Shown: in pieces, positions 26,601 to 38,793 of the stretch
Layout: every line of letters starts with the position of its first letter
Position numbering within the stretch: the first letter of the stretch is position 1
NCBI GenBank assembly: GCA_965645245.1
Contig: OZ287084.1
Coordinates: forward strand, 682,001-746,000
Source of the DNA: Massalongia carnosa
Lineage: Eukaryota
Direction: 5' to 3'
DNA length: 64,000 bases
Position numbers and translations under genes: made by a program
The notes under the pieces: generated by a model
Told to the model about the DNA's origin: nothing
Databases searched by the model: none
The model's input: only the letters and a program-made list of their open reading frames with translations

Positions 26601-29600
26601 AATCTGTGCCATTGCCAGCGGATAGCGACACAGATGTAGTTAACTCGATGAGCTCGCCGAATGATGAATCAGATATTCCAACTTCAGAAGAGCAAGTCTT
26701 TCCTGAATCTGTGCCATTGCCAGCGGATAGCGACACAGATGTAGTTAACTCGATGAGCTCGCCGAACGAAGAATCAGATATTCCAACTTCAAAAGAGCAA
26801 GTCTTTCCTGAATCTGTGCCATTGCCAGCGGATAGCGACATAGATATAGTTAATTCAGTGAGCTCGCCGAACGAAGAATCAGATATTCCAACTCTAGAAG
26901 AGCAAGTCTTTCCTGAATCTGTGCCATTGCCAGCGGATAGCGACACAGATGTAGTTAACTCGATGAGCTCGCCGAACGAAGAATCAGATATTCCAACTTC
27001 AGAAGAGCAAGTCTTTCCTGAATCTGTGCCATTACCAGCGGATAGCGACATAGATATAGTTAATTCAGTGAGCTCGCCGAACGAAGAATCAGATATTCCA
27101 ACTCTAGAAGAGCAAGTCTTTCCTGAATCTGTGCCATTGCCAGCGGATAGCGACACAGATGTAGTTAACTCGATGAGCTCGCCGAATGATGAATCAGATA
27201 TTCTAACTCCAGAAGAGCAAGTCTCTCCTGAATCTGTGCCATTGCCAGCGGATAGCGACACAGATGTAGTTAACTCGATGAGCTCGCCGAACGAAGAATC
27301 AGATATTCCAACTTCAGAAGAGCAAGTCTTTCCTGAATCTGTGCCATTGCCAGCGGATAGCGACACAGATCTAGTTAACTCGATGAGCTCGCCGAATGAT
27401 GAATCAGATATTCTAACTCCAGAAGAGCAAGTCTCTCCTGAATCTGTGCCATTGCCAGCGGATAGCGACACAGATGTAGTTAACTCGATGAGCTCGCCGA
27501 ATGATGAATCAGATATTCCAACTTCAGAAGAGCAAGTCTTTCCTGAATCTGTGCCATTGCCAGCGGATAGCGACACAGATGTAGTTAACTCGATGAGCTC
27601 GCCGAACGAAGAATCAGATATTCCAACTTCAGAAGAGCAAGTCTTTCCTGAATCTGTGCCATTGCCAGCGGATAGCGACACAGATATAGTTAATTCAGTG
27701 AGCTCGCAGAATGAAGAATCAGATATTCCAACTTCAAAAGAGCAAGTCTCTCCTGAATCTGTGCCATTGCCAGCGGATAGCGACACAGATGTAGTTAACT
27801 CGATGAGCTCGCCGAATGAAGAATCAGATATTCCAACTCCAGAAGAGCAAGTCTCTCCTGAATCTGTGCCATTGCCAGCGGATAACGACACAGATTCAAC
27901 AAATTTAGTGGATTCGCTAAATGGGAAATCAGAAAATCAAGCTCTTCGTGATTCTGACCAATTGCTGGTTGATAAAAACATGGACATGGATCTTTTGAAT
28001 TCATCTGGTTTGCTAGAGAAGAGCCTAGTCACCCCTTTAGAGGCCTCCATGACACACGATACAGAGTCGGAACTCCAAATCTCTATTGAGTCTGTTCCGC
28101 TGCCGGTGGATAATGACATTAATTTGGTTGGTAATATTGATGAGAAATCTATCTTTCTATCAAAGGCCATTCAGCCAGAGGTTCGACTAGAGGCTCAGCT
28201 GGAGAAGGTTCAGCCCGATCAGCTTCAGCCGAAGACCCAAATAGAAGAAGTTCAGCCAAAAGTTTTACAAGAGGAGCATGATCTAAACGAGGTTCGATCA
28301 GGGGAGATTCAGTCGAAGGTTCAGCTAGAGATCCAGGCAGAACAAGTTCAGTCAGAGGAAGCTCAACCAGGAGTTCAATCAGAGCAACTCCAGTCTAGGG
28401 TTCAATTAGAGAATATTCAGCCAGAGGATGTTCAGCTAAGGGATGCTCAGTCAAAAACTTTTCAAGAGGGTAATGATCTAAATGAGGATCAGCCACAAAA
28501 AGTTCAGTCAGAGGAAGTTCGGCGCGATCCAACCAGCCCTCTTCAAGATCTAGAGACAGTTGCAACCGTACTACATCGCAGCAACTCGGTTGGAAAAACC
28601 TTACCTTCTTTTAGAGAAGTTACTTCACATAACGAAAATCTGGTTGCCACTGGGTATATTGCGCCTAGCATTGACGAACATCCTTCACCAACTGGATATA
28701 CATTAGCTAGCTTAGATCTCAAGCCTGCTGTTTCGGATGAACTCTCCCTACCCTCCGAAGAGAACTTCCCTATGCCTTCCAAAATTAAGAAGAGTAAGAA
28801 AGCTAGGAAGGGAAAGAAACAAAAGGCGCCTATTGTCTTGGATGAAACCAGTACACTGATTAGCTTGGGTCGGACTGAACCTGCATCTGATATGGCTGAA
28901 CCCATGCTGCACACTTTGCCTCAGCCACCGCTAGAAGAGCAGCCACATTCTGCAATTATGGAGGAAATGGCCGAGAAGCAGGAAGGTGAAGGCCGAGATA
29001 TAAACTCGGCATCACCAAAACTGCGTTCACAAGCGATAATAGGGAATCGGGCCCATTGTGAAGGCCATAACGATTATTTTATTAAACCACCGCTAAATGA
29101 GGATGTTACGGAGCGTATCGATTACCTACCGACCTCTGAAATAGATCGAGAAGTGGCCACAACGGAGACCTTGGATGCACCGCCAATCCCTCGTGCCACG
29201 GAAATATTTTCTCCTGATTTCCTATCCGCGCAATCTACAAATTCCTTCAACTCGCCCGTTGGCGCATATAATCAGGATGGAAAAAAATGGCAACCTGAGG
29301 CTGAAGTTCATACTCCACCCTCAAGAACAGAATCTAGAAATCGATGTTCCGATGTTAATCTTGACAAAAAAAGCCAGGTTCGGGTGGATAAGGAGGATCT
29401 TGAGGCAAAGGATTCCATAAATCTGTCTGAAGCTTTACATCCCTCTGAAACAGATACCCTCGTTGTTCAGGAAGAATATAGCATCCAGGACACCTTACCT
29501 CCAGAGCAGAGTCCAAGACTAGAGACTTTTGAGTCGACTCATTATTCAAACCTTAGCCCTTTGATTACCATTCCTGCTCAGAACTTGACAGCAGCTCAGC

Positions 29601-32600
29601 AACATGCAACAAATGTATTTCCTATGCCCACGGTGGCGCGGCGTTTGGACCACACCGCTAATGATGAACAACCGGCTGCAGAATCTCCTTTCTTTGAAGG
29701 CACATTTACGGATATTGACAAGGAACAACTCAAACATCCCAAACCAATGCCTCCGGAAATTCCCATCTTCAAAGACGCATCTATAGCTATCGACAAGGAA
29801 CAATCGATTAAGAAATCCAAGAAGTCCAAGAAGTTTGACCCAGATTCTCCTACTTTTGTGATAAAGGATACGCCTGAACAAGATCAGCAGCTTCAGCCAC
29901 ACGCCGTCAGCAACGCGCAATCGGATGTTTTGCTAGAAAGATCGACAGCTGTTGTAGAGTCGGCTGCTGTCGATGAGGATATCCCGCCAATCAAGAGAGC
30001 CAAGAAATCTAAGAAAACCCAAAAGCCTAATTTGACTTCTCCTGCCATTGTAATGGACGGAACGCCTGAGCAAGAGCAATTTCAGCCTCCAGCCGTTAGC
30101 GATACCCAAGCAGATGTTATAACGGAAAAACCAACTGTTTCTGTAGAGCCAAGTGCTGCCGATGAGGAACTTTGGCCGCCTAAGAAAGCTAAGAAATCTA
30201 AGAAAACCAAAAGGCTGGACAGGGGTTCTCCTAGATTGGGCGTGGATGAAGCGTATGAACACGGACAAGTTAGGCCCGAGTCTGTTGGCAGCATGGGAAT
30301 AGATATTATTGTAGAACAACCGACTCCTGAAGAATCAATCATTCCTGATTTGGAATTTACACTAGGCAAGAAAATCAAGAAATCCAAAAAATCTAAGAGA
30401 ACTGAGCTAGGTTCGTCCAGTTTGAAACTCGAGGAGACACCTGACGATGGACAAGCTGAGTCACAGATGGTTGACGATATGAAAGTGAATGTTGGTGTAG
30501 AACAATCAGCTCCTTCGGAAGAATTGATCGTTCCTGATTCGCAGTTTATATCAAGCAAGAAAAACAAGAAAGCTAAAAAGTTTAAGAGAATCGAGATGGA
30601 TTCACCTAATGTCGACGTTGAAGAGACATTTGGGCAAGAACAAAATGAGTTACAGATTGGCAACAGTATGAAAGTGGATATTGATGTAGAACAAAAAGGT
30701 CCTTCAGAAGAATTGACAGTTGCTGATTCGGAGTTTACAATAAGCAATGAAAACGAGGAACCTGAGAAGCTCAAGAGACCTGAGATGGATTCACCTGACG
30801 TGGGCGTGGAAGAGACATTTGGGCAAGAACAAAATGAATTACAGATTGGCAACAGTATGAAAGTGGATATTGATGTAGAAAAAATAGATCCTTCAGAAGA
30901 ATTGACAGTTGCTGATTCGGAGTTTACAACAAGCAATGAAAACGAGGAACCTGAGAAGCTCAAGAGATCTGAGCTGGATTCACCTGACGTGGGCGTGGAA
31001 GAGACATTTAAGTTGGGTCCACCCAAAGTGGAAGTGGACGAGATGCCTGAGCTACAGTCAGCAAAATTACAGGCCATAGGCATAAAAACAGATATTGGTA
31101 TAGAGCAACCGTCGCGTGAAGAGACTTTAACAGCCGAGAGGGGGTTTTCGTCGACCAAGAAAAGCAAAAAGCCCAAAAAGTCAAAGAACAAAGATCTGGA
31201 ATGCCCTGTCCCTAATTTATATGAGACGCCTGAGCAACAGTCAACAAAATCGCTTGAAATCCCTACCATGGTTGATGCAGAAAGAGAACCCAATTCTGTA
31301 GAATCAAATGTTCCTGAAGGGGAGACATCACTATCTAAGAAGAGTAAAAAGAGTCGAAAAAATGCGAAGCAAGACTGGGCAATAAATCCGGAAGCCTCTT
31401 CTCTTGACGCGGACGGAGCACCCAAGCAGGCAGCTCTACAGACTACCAGCTTTGAGACCGCTCAGACCCTAAGGCCTAAATCGCGCAGCCCTTCACCAAA
31501 GCCGCAGCCCAGTGTTCTCTTTGAAACGCCGCCTCTGGCTTTGGGTGCTGAGATTTCTGCAGAATACCAAACGAAAGGTACGGAAGAAATTACTGTAGAT
31601 TCCAGTTTAGGTGCATTTATTACTGGACCTGAAAAGCAGAAAATAAAACAATCAAAAAAGGATAAGAAAAAAGCGAAGAAAGCTGTTCAGAGTAGTAAAT
31701 GGATGGATGAAGAAGATCTTGTGAAAAAGCAGATTTTTTCTGAAGAGCAAGGACGAGCTCTAATTCCTGAGCAAGCTTTAACTCCGCGAGTTTCAGTTCA
31801 TGAACGAACTCCTACTCCTGAACGAGTTTCAATTCCTGACAAGACTGAACAGGCCTTAATTTCTAAGCAAGCTTCAATATCTGAGCGAGTTTCCACGCCT
31901 GAGGGAGGTCTAGTACCTGAGCAAGCTTCAACGCCTGAACAACCCCCAATATCGGAGCAGCAAAATCTCATCAAAACGGAACAGCATGATCATTATATTA
32001 TTCATCAATCTACCAAGCAGGCTCCTGCTGAGACCGGGCCAGGTGATATCGATATACAATCCGGCGCTTTTCAGCCGGAGAATTCTACCAATAGAGGCAG
32101 TGCCATTGATGTGCCTGATTCACTGCAGGCCGCAGAAAAGTTGCCTGTTCAACCCACTTTTCGCGATAGCGGGTATCAGGATATTATAGCCGGGCCATTG
32201 GTAAGCATGGAGCCAGAGTTTGTAGACAAAAGCAATGGCGAATACATCAAAGAAGCCTTAGATCCTCTGAGTACAGAGATTGAACTCGAGAGAGATCCTG
32301 ATGGGCAACTGCACCAGATTAGCCCGCACCTCGAGACTACTTCGGAAAACTCATTGAATATCATAACTGAAGAGACTCCGATCTACGAAGTGACAATGTC
32401 GGCACCCATATCTGATCGAGGGCAATCAAAAACCTCGGACAGTACACGTGGCGATGCTGAACTGAGCCCCCACAACAGTTGCAGAGGTCTGAATCAACTT
32501 CAGACCACAGGGTCCACTTTTGAGGATCCTCGAGAGCCTTCTCCAGTGAGTTCTACGACAAAGGAGCGGTCTTCAGTTCTTCTCCAGTCTTCTCCCTCTG

Positions 32601-35171
32601 CTCGAGACGACTTCATCGACCAACCGTTGGAGCAACAGGTGCCATCAGACAACCTAATATTTGCAGAGAACCTCCATAAAAAAAAATCATGTAATTTACC
32701 GGAGCAGATTCAAAAAACGCCTTTGTCGGAAATCGGAGATTCGGCTTCCGACCTGGAACGCAGTTTAAGTCCAGCAGGGTCAAGCAAGTATTTAAATACC
32801 AACCGAGATATCCCATCCTTAGTTTTGGGCGGGCCAGTTGGTATTAGCGACGAGTTGAGAACGTCATCCAAAAGTTCTTTCGCTAGCGATAGCTCTGTCA
32901 ATCGGCAAAGGCTTAATACAATAGCAGAACATAGTCCAGAAGAGTCCCTGCTGTCTAAGAAAAATACTTTTTCATCAGATGTTGGATCTCTCGAGCGTGG
33001 TAGTCAACCTGGTCCGCTTTCCACAATACCTAAGAAACCCTCGGAACAGCGAATGCGATCGCCGCTGAGAAACGAGGCTGCTGCTCCCTTTATCGATGAG
33101 CTCAACGCTCGTCTATCATGGCCGCCTGTTGACGAAGACAACCATACAGTCAACCTTGACCCAGGCAGAGTCCCCAATACAAAGGTCCAACCAAGCAGTG
33201 GTCAAGAAAACGTAGCGGCCTTGTCAAGCGGTCCCGTGCGGCAACGAGCGTTCAGTAATGCAAGCGTAGGATCCGTAGAAAGCATTAACGTTCTCGTTAG
33301 GACCCCAGATCAAGTACGCTCTGCAAGCGGTCTAAGCCAACGAGGATCTAGAACGCCACCGTTGCGACGAAGTGACAAGATTGCGAGTGGTGACTTGCGT
33401 GTGGCGCATAAAAAAAGTGAAGCTAAGAATCTCGCTAAAGCATTTGAGGCTGAGGCCAACGTCGCAATTCCTTCCTCATCAACATATGATCCCACCAAAG
33501 ACAAAGGCAAGACTCGCGTAAGGGACATGACCAACATCTATGTGAGTAGCCTCCGATTTGATACGATAGGTAGTGATTCCTTCAGAGATTATGATGAGCC
33601 TGACTCTTTGATAGGAGGGTTGGGGCGATGTTCGCATGGCATCCCCAATTTCGCCAACGCGACCGCCAAGCATGCGCCGGAGACAGAGCTTGCAGGTGTT
33701 AGATCTTGAAACTAAAATTGATCAACTTGTATCGGAAAACAGGTTGTTGCAGGAAGCGAAATCAAGAGCAGAAAAAAGTCTTGAAGTTGTAGAGCAAGAT
33801 CGAAGCCAACAGCATGGCATTTTCACGGACGCAATCCAGACACGTGATCAATTTCTACTGGACAAAGATTTCGAGCTCAATACGCTAAGACAACTCATTG
33901 AAGGGTTACATATTCAAGTGTCGGAGATAGAGAAAGCTAATGACGAGCTTACTTCAGCTCAAGGTAATTTAGCCAAGGAGCATGAGCAAAATTATAGAGA
34001 GTTGGAGGCTGAATATTCTCGAACTCATCAAAAATGGCAGCAATCGACAAAGGAGCTGGACGAGCTCAGGCAGCAGCATATCCATCTATCCTCTGAAATG
34101 GAGCAAATTGTTCGCCATGAGATCAACGTAGCTGTGGAGGAAAAGAATATCGAGTTACGTAAGCTCCGTGACGAGCTCGAGGCTACCCGGGAGCAAGCTC
34201 GCATGTTACAGGAGCAGCTCAGAGCCACAAAGTCCAGTGATGACTTGCTCTCCGACCGAGACGAGGACTATTTTGAAATTCAATGCCAGCAACTCTGCGG
34301 CCATGTCCAACAGTGGGTGCTACGGTTCTCGAAGTTCTCTGACAGCAGAGCCTGTTACCCCGCAAGTGAGATAAAAAACGAAAAGATCATAGAACGATTC
34401 GAGAATGCGATTCTTGATGGTTCTGACGTTGACATGTATTTGAGAGATCGGGTGAAGAGACGCGACGTTTTTATGTCTGTTGTGATGTACATGGTCTGGG
34501 AGTATATCTTTACCCGTTATCTCTTCGGCATGGATCGCGAGCAACGGCACAAGCTTAAGGTGCTAGAGAAGACGTTAGCGGAGGTGGGGCCAGCGAACGC
34601 CGTGAACAAATGGCGAGCAAGCACGCTTTTTATGTTCTCAAAACGAGAGTCTTTTGCAGCCCAACGCGCGCAGGATACAGAAGCGGTTGTGCAGGAAATC
34701 TATCATACACTGGCGATTTGCCTTCCGCCGCCATCGCACCTTGTCGATCAAATCCAGGACTCCCTCCGTAACGTCATGGCTCTTGCGGTTGATCTTTCCA
34801 TCGAGATGCGCATTCAGCGTGCGGAATATATTATGCTCCCGCCGCTGCAGCCTGAGTACGACACCAATGGCGATTTGGCGCGTAAGGTCTATTTCAACGC
34901 CGCGCTCATGAACGAACGCAGTGGCACAACGTTGTCCAATGAAGCGCTCCAGGCACAGCAAGCGGTCGTGCGAATGGTGCTGTTCCCGCTGGTGGTGAAG
35001 AAAGGCGATGATGCAGGAATTGGGAATGAGGAGATTGTGGTGTGTCCTGCGCAGGTGCTGACGGCCAAGCTGGCCAAGGACAAGAAAGTAGTAAGGGTGC
35101 TGAGTGCGCAGGGGTCGAGATCAGCTGCAAGCTTTGGGGCAAGCGATGTTGGCATGGGGAACATGATTTGA
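17666..35171 (+). CDS. lah: Giant Leashin-like Woronin-body tether (often annotated 'involucrin repeat protein'), about 5,810 aa
   Basis: Exon 1 17666-33541, intron 33542-33614 (GTGAGT...CTGAC...ATAG), exon 2 33615-35171; the frame joins as TNIY|EGWGDVRMASP. N-terminal FPGQFP/EGGPGLAADYYGD block, huge acidic disordered middle with KKxKKxKK tracts, then a coiled coil and the DRDEDYF...HVQQWVLRFSKFSD domain. This architecture matches Aspergillus Lah and Neurospora LAH-1 plus LAH-2. Confidence 0.85.
22850..24750 (+). repeat. Degenerate coding repeat, PEFIALPxDDDD, period about 30-40 aa
   Basis: Recurrent ATTGCATTGCC-like cores and the translated motif P(E/K)FIALPxDDDDL, roughly 17 copies by eye. 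Confidence 0.85.
25826..27895 (+). repeat. 105-bp (35-aa) near-perfect coding tandem array, about 20 copies
   Basis: GAATCAGA(T/A)ATT recurs every 105 bp from 25826 to 27821. Unit: ESDIPTSEEQVFPESVPLPADSDTDVVNSMSSPNE. Confidence 0.97.
30593..31010 (+). repeat. 189-bp (63-aa) tandem duplication, about 2.2 copies, within a longer degenerate poly-Lys repeat series (~29800-31380)
   Basis: GAG(A/C)TGGATTCACCT starts at 30593, 30782 and 30971, a spacing of 189. Confidence 0.9.
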
Positions 35172-35821
35172 TGGCGTCACCCGTCAACCTTTGTTTCCTG
35201 CTCTTCACTGGGGGAGGTGCGATACTTGGAGGGTTGGGAAGTATGTCTTTTGAACTACTCGGGACCAAATTGGCACGGCGAAACGGTTGGATTCAGATTC
35301 AAGGGGGCGTATGGGGATACCTGAGGTAAAAGCATGCGATATGGGATAAATGCTGAGTTGGTAACAGGCTGCATATTGGAGGACGTAGGTATTCATGAAG
35401 TCATGAGTTTCATATCTTATCAACATCATTTTTGAGCTTGTAGAATAGTGTTACTTCGGCAACACTATTAGAAGAAGATCCAATTAATGCGTATCTATCT
35501 CCATCAATATTTTCGTAGCAAGTGATAGCTTATTGAAGTAGCATTTCTAGTCGTCGACCTTGTTCCTGAGCGAATTACAACTAGTAGCGGCGGCAATTAC
35601 GAAAGCTCCGGAAAACAAGCTTTTCCCACTCATGCCCCGCCGTCGATCTGCCGAGCCTGGGTTGTCGTCACACGTACCTTAGCTTAAAGAGCAATCAGGG
35701 AAGCAGGAAAGCGAGGTGTCAATGCTTAACTAAGAGACTTGGATTTCCATCTTCCTGCTCCTTCACTTTCGAAGTTAACCTGTGTACCACTTTCTAAAGC
35801 AATTGCAATTGATCAGCTATT

Positions 35822-37902
35822 ATGTCTCTTTCCAAGCATGTAAGTATCTACCTGCATCCACATAGATCTCTTACTTAAGTTATCCGTACACTTCGTTGAT
35901 TTCATAGCCGGCTTTGTACCTCAAGGAGTAGCTAGTCTAACAGTCGTCAACAGGTTGATCCGGATCATATCATAGCTACCCTTCGCGATCATCCTGCCGA
36001 AGCTCACAAGCGTCACATTCATACCCGTCACGCAGTCTCCTCAGATACCCCATATTCCTCTAGGTAGTCCAATCTCAGTTGTGCAGAAAGCTGACCAAAT
36101 GACAAAGAAGCATGACTAACCAAAGAAATGTAACAGGTATGCAAGCCAGCAGGAGATTTCAAAATTCAAGATCCCGCAGCAAGGAGCTCCTGCAGATGTT
36201 GTGCATCAGATCTTGAAGGATGAGCTCGATCTGGATGGGAGGCCGAATTTAAACCTCGCAAGGTATATGGGCATCCAATGTTAGGGACGGTCTGCTTGCG
36301 TTGCTTACATTCTGTAGTTTTGTGGGCACCTATATGGAACGTGAAGCCGAGGCGCTGATGGTGGAGAATCTGTCAAAGAAGTAGGTCGTTGCTTGTATCC
36401 CATTCGGAAAAAAGAAGCTCGAGCTATTTGAATTAACAGACCCACAGCATGTCTGATGCCGACGAATATCCTGCCATGATGGCCATACATGCTCGATGCG
36501 TGTCCATCCTCGCGCACTTGTGGGGCGTTCAAAAAGGCGAAACTGCCATTGGCTCAGCCACAACCGGTTCTTCCGAGGCAATTCACCTTGGTGGCCTAGC
36601 AATGAAGCGGCGCTGGCAGGAAAAACGGGACGCCGAAGGAAAGGATAAATCCAAACCCAACATCATCATGGGCTCCAACGCGCAGGTGGCTTTGGAGAAA
36701 TTTGCACGCTACTTTGAAGTGGAAGCCCGGATTCTCAACGTTAGCGAGAAGAGCCATTATAGATTAGATCCCGAGCTTGTCAAAGAAAACATCGATGAGA
36801 ATACCATTGGAATATTCGTCATTTTGGGAAGCACGTATACGGGGCATTATGAGCCGGTGGAGGAGATTTCAAAGGTGCTGGATGAGTTTGAGAAAAAAAC
36901 AGGATACGATATCCCTATCCATGTTGATGCTGCCAGTGGTGGCTTCATCGCTCCATTTACTTACGCCCATGTTGGTGGAACGAGATGGTGATTCGATCGC
37001 TTCGTTGAAGGAAACGCAGTCTGGCTAACTAACGCCAGGGACTTTGCGCTTCCTCGTGTCAAGTCGATCAATACGTCAGGCCATAAATTCGGTCTTGTCT
37101 ATGCCGGCGTCGGCTGGATTATCTGGCGGGACGAATCCTACCTTCCCAAACACCTTATTTTCGAACTTCATTATCTCGGAGGAACGGAGGAATCATACAC
37201 GTTGAATTTCTCTCGTCCCGGAGCCCAGATCATTGCGCAGTACTACAATCTCATCCATCTCGGTTTTGATGGGTTCAGAGCAATTATGGAAAACTGCCTT
37301 TCCAACGCTCGACTGCTGAGCAAAGCTCTAGAAGCCAGTGGATGGTATGTTTGCATTAGCGACATCCATCGCCAAAAGGGGGAGCACAAGTTCAAGGGTA
37401 CCAAAGCAACTGTGTTCGGCAAAGACGACGAGACCAGTGCGGATTATAACGCCGGACTTCCCGTCGTTGCATTCCGGCTTTCGGACGACTTTAAAAAGGA
37501 TTACCCACACGTTAAGCAGGAGAGCGTCAGCACACTCCTACGTGTGAGGCAGTATATCATTCCCAGTAAGTCATTCCCTCCCCGAAATCTCTACACGTTA
37601 TATTCTAATTCAATATTCTTCACCCCAAAGACTATCCCCTCCCCCCGGCCGAGGAGAAAACTGAGATTCTCCGCATCGTCGTTCGCGAAAGCATGTCCCT
37701 GGACTTACTCGACCGGCTCATCACCGACATCTTCGCTGTTACGCAGCGGCTCATGGAAACGGATGCGGTCGACTTGGCGGCGTTCCAGCCGGGCGGAACA
37801 ATGAGTCTAGAGAAACAGCATTCGAGCAAGGGGCTTCCCCACCACAATAAGCATAAGGCACAGAGGCCGATGAACAAGGGGGTGCATAGAACTGTCTGCT
37901 AG
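35822..37902 (+). CDS. GAD1: Glutamate decarboxylase (PLP-dependent)
   Basis: Exons 35822-35839, 35954-36063, 36137-36262, 36318-36380, 36448-36987, 37039-37565, 37631-37902. Motifs LDGRPNLNLASFV, TTGSSEAIHLGGLAMK, IHVDAASGGF, SINTSGHKFG (PLP lysine). Confidence 0.95.
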
Positions 37903-38793
37903 GACAACGGTTGGGTGATAGGTTTCTCGGTGGCTTGGGGATCACAAAACTTTGTTCCAGTCTCATGCATATGTCCCCAGCGGAGGCATACTACCAAATG
38001 GTTCCCACGCTACAGGAGAGATTTCTCGATAGAAACACGATGGACACGAACCAAAAGCAATCAAAACAAATCTTTCCTCATCGCTCGCTCTCTTAACATC
38101 CCCCTCCTCTTTCTCGTCTTTCACTACCGCTCATATCTCTCTCTTCCTTCCTTTCGAAACTCCTCTCTCCTTCCCCATCGCCAGCCTCCACCATTCCATT
38201 TCTATCTTGTTATTGAGCTCACCTATCCCGTATAGCTGACTAGCCAGCCTAATCAGCCACTCACCCATTCCCTCATTTCACTCTCTCACTCATTACTCAC
38301 TAAACCTTTACTCTCTTAATATTCACCGACTCCCTCACTCCCTCACCCACTCACTCACTTCTTCATTTTTCTCCAACGCTCCCCCACCCACCCACCCAGC
38401 CATTTAGTCATTCAATCAATCATCCAGCCATCCAGTCAATCAGTCAGTTAGCCCACTCTCCGTACATACCCCCCTCACAACAACGTAGGATAGAATGAGA
38501 TGGGTAAGGTGTGGCATGGTGTGGTGTGCTATGGCGAACAAAGAGCACGGGTACGTAGATGGATAGGATAGTGAGAGGGAAATGGATTTTGCTTCTTTTG
38601 CTTAGTTTTTCTATTTACAATGCAATAATAAACCATAGGAGAGAGAGAGATGGGCACTTGTTGCATACAAGGGTGGGTGGGTGAATTGGTTGGTTGGTCG
38701 ATTGGAAATTCCAGCTCATCCCATCCATCCATCATTTCCTTTTCTTTTCCATTTCCATTTCCTCCATCCACCCCCTCCCTTAATCCCTCCCCA

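Noticed and set aside
25399..27891. Long antisense ORFs (305 and 509 aa) over the 105-bp array
   Set aside because: Shadow frames: a stop-free repeat unit stays open when multiplied.
25826..27895. Regularly spaced repeats resembling a CRISPR array
   Set aside because: Contiguous tandem units with no unique spacers, in frame inside a eukaryotic CDS, and no cas genes.
30082..31425. 447-aa antisense ORF
   Set aside because: Mirror of the repetitive Glu/Lys-rich Leashin frame; no independent coding features.
33636..35171. 511-aa ORF as a stand-alone gene
   Set aside because: A canonical intron at 33542-33614 joins it in frame to the giant upstream exon.
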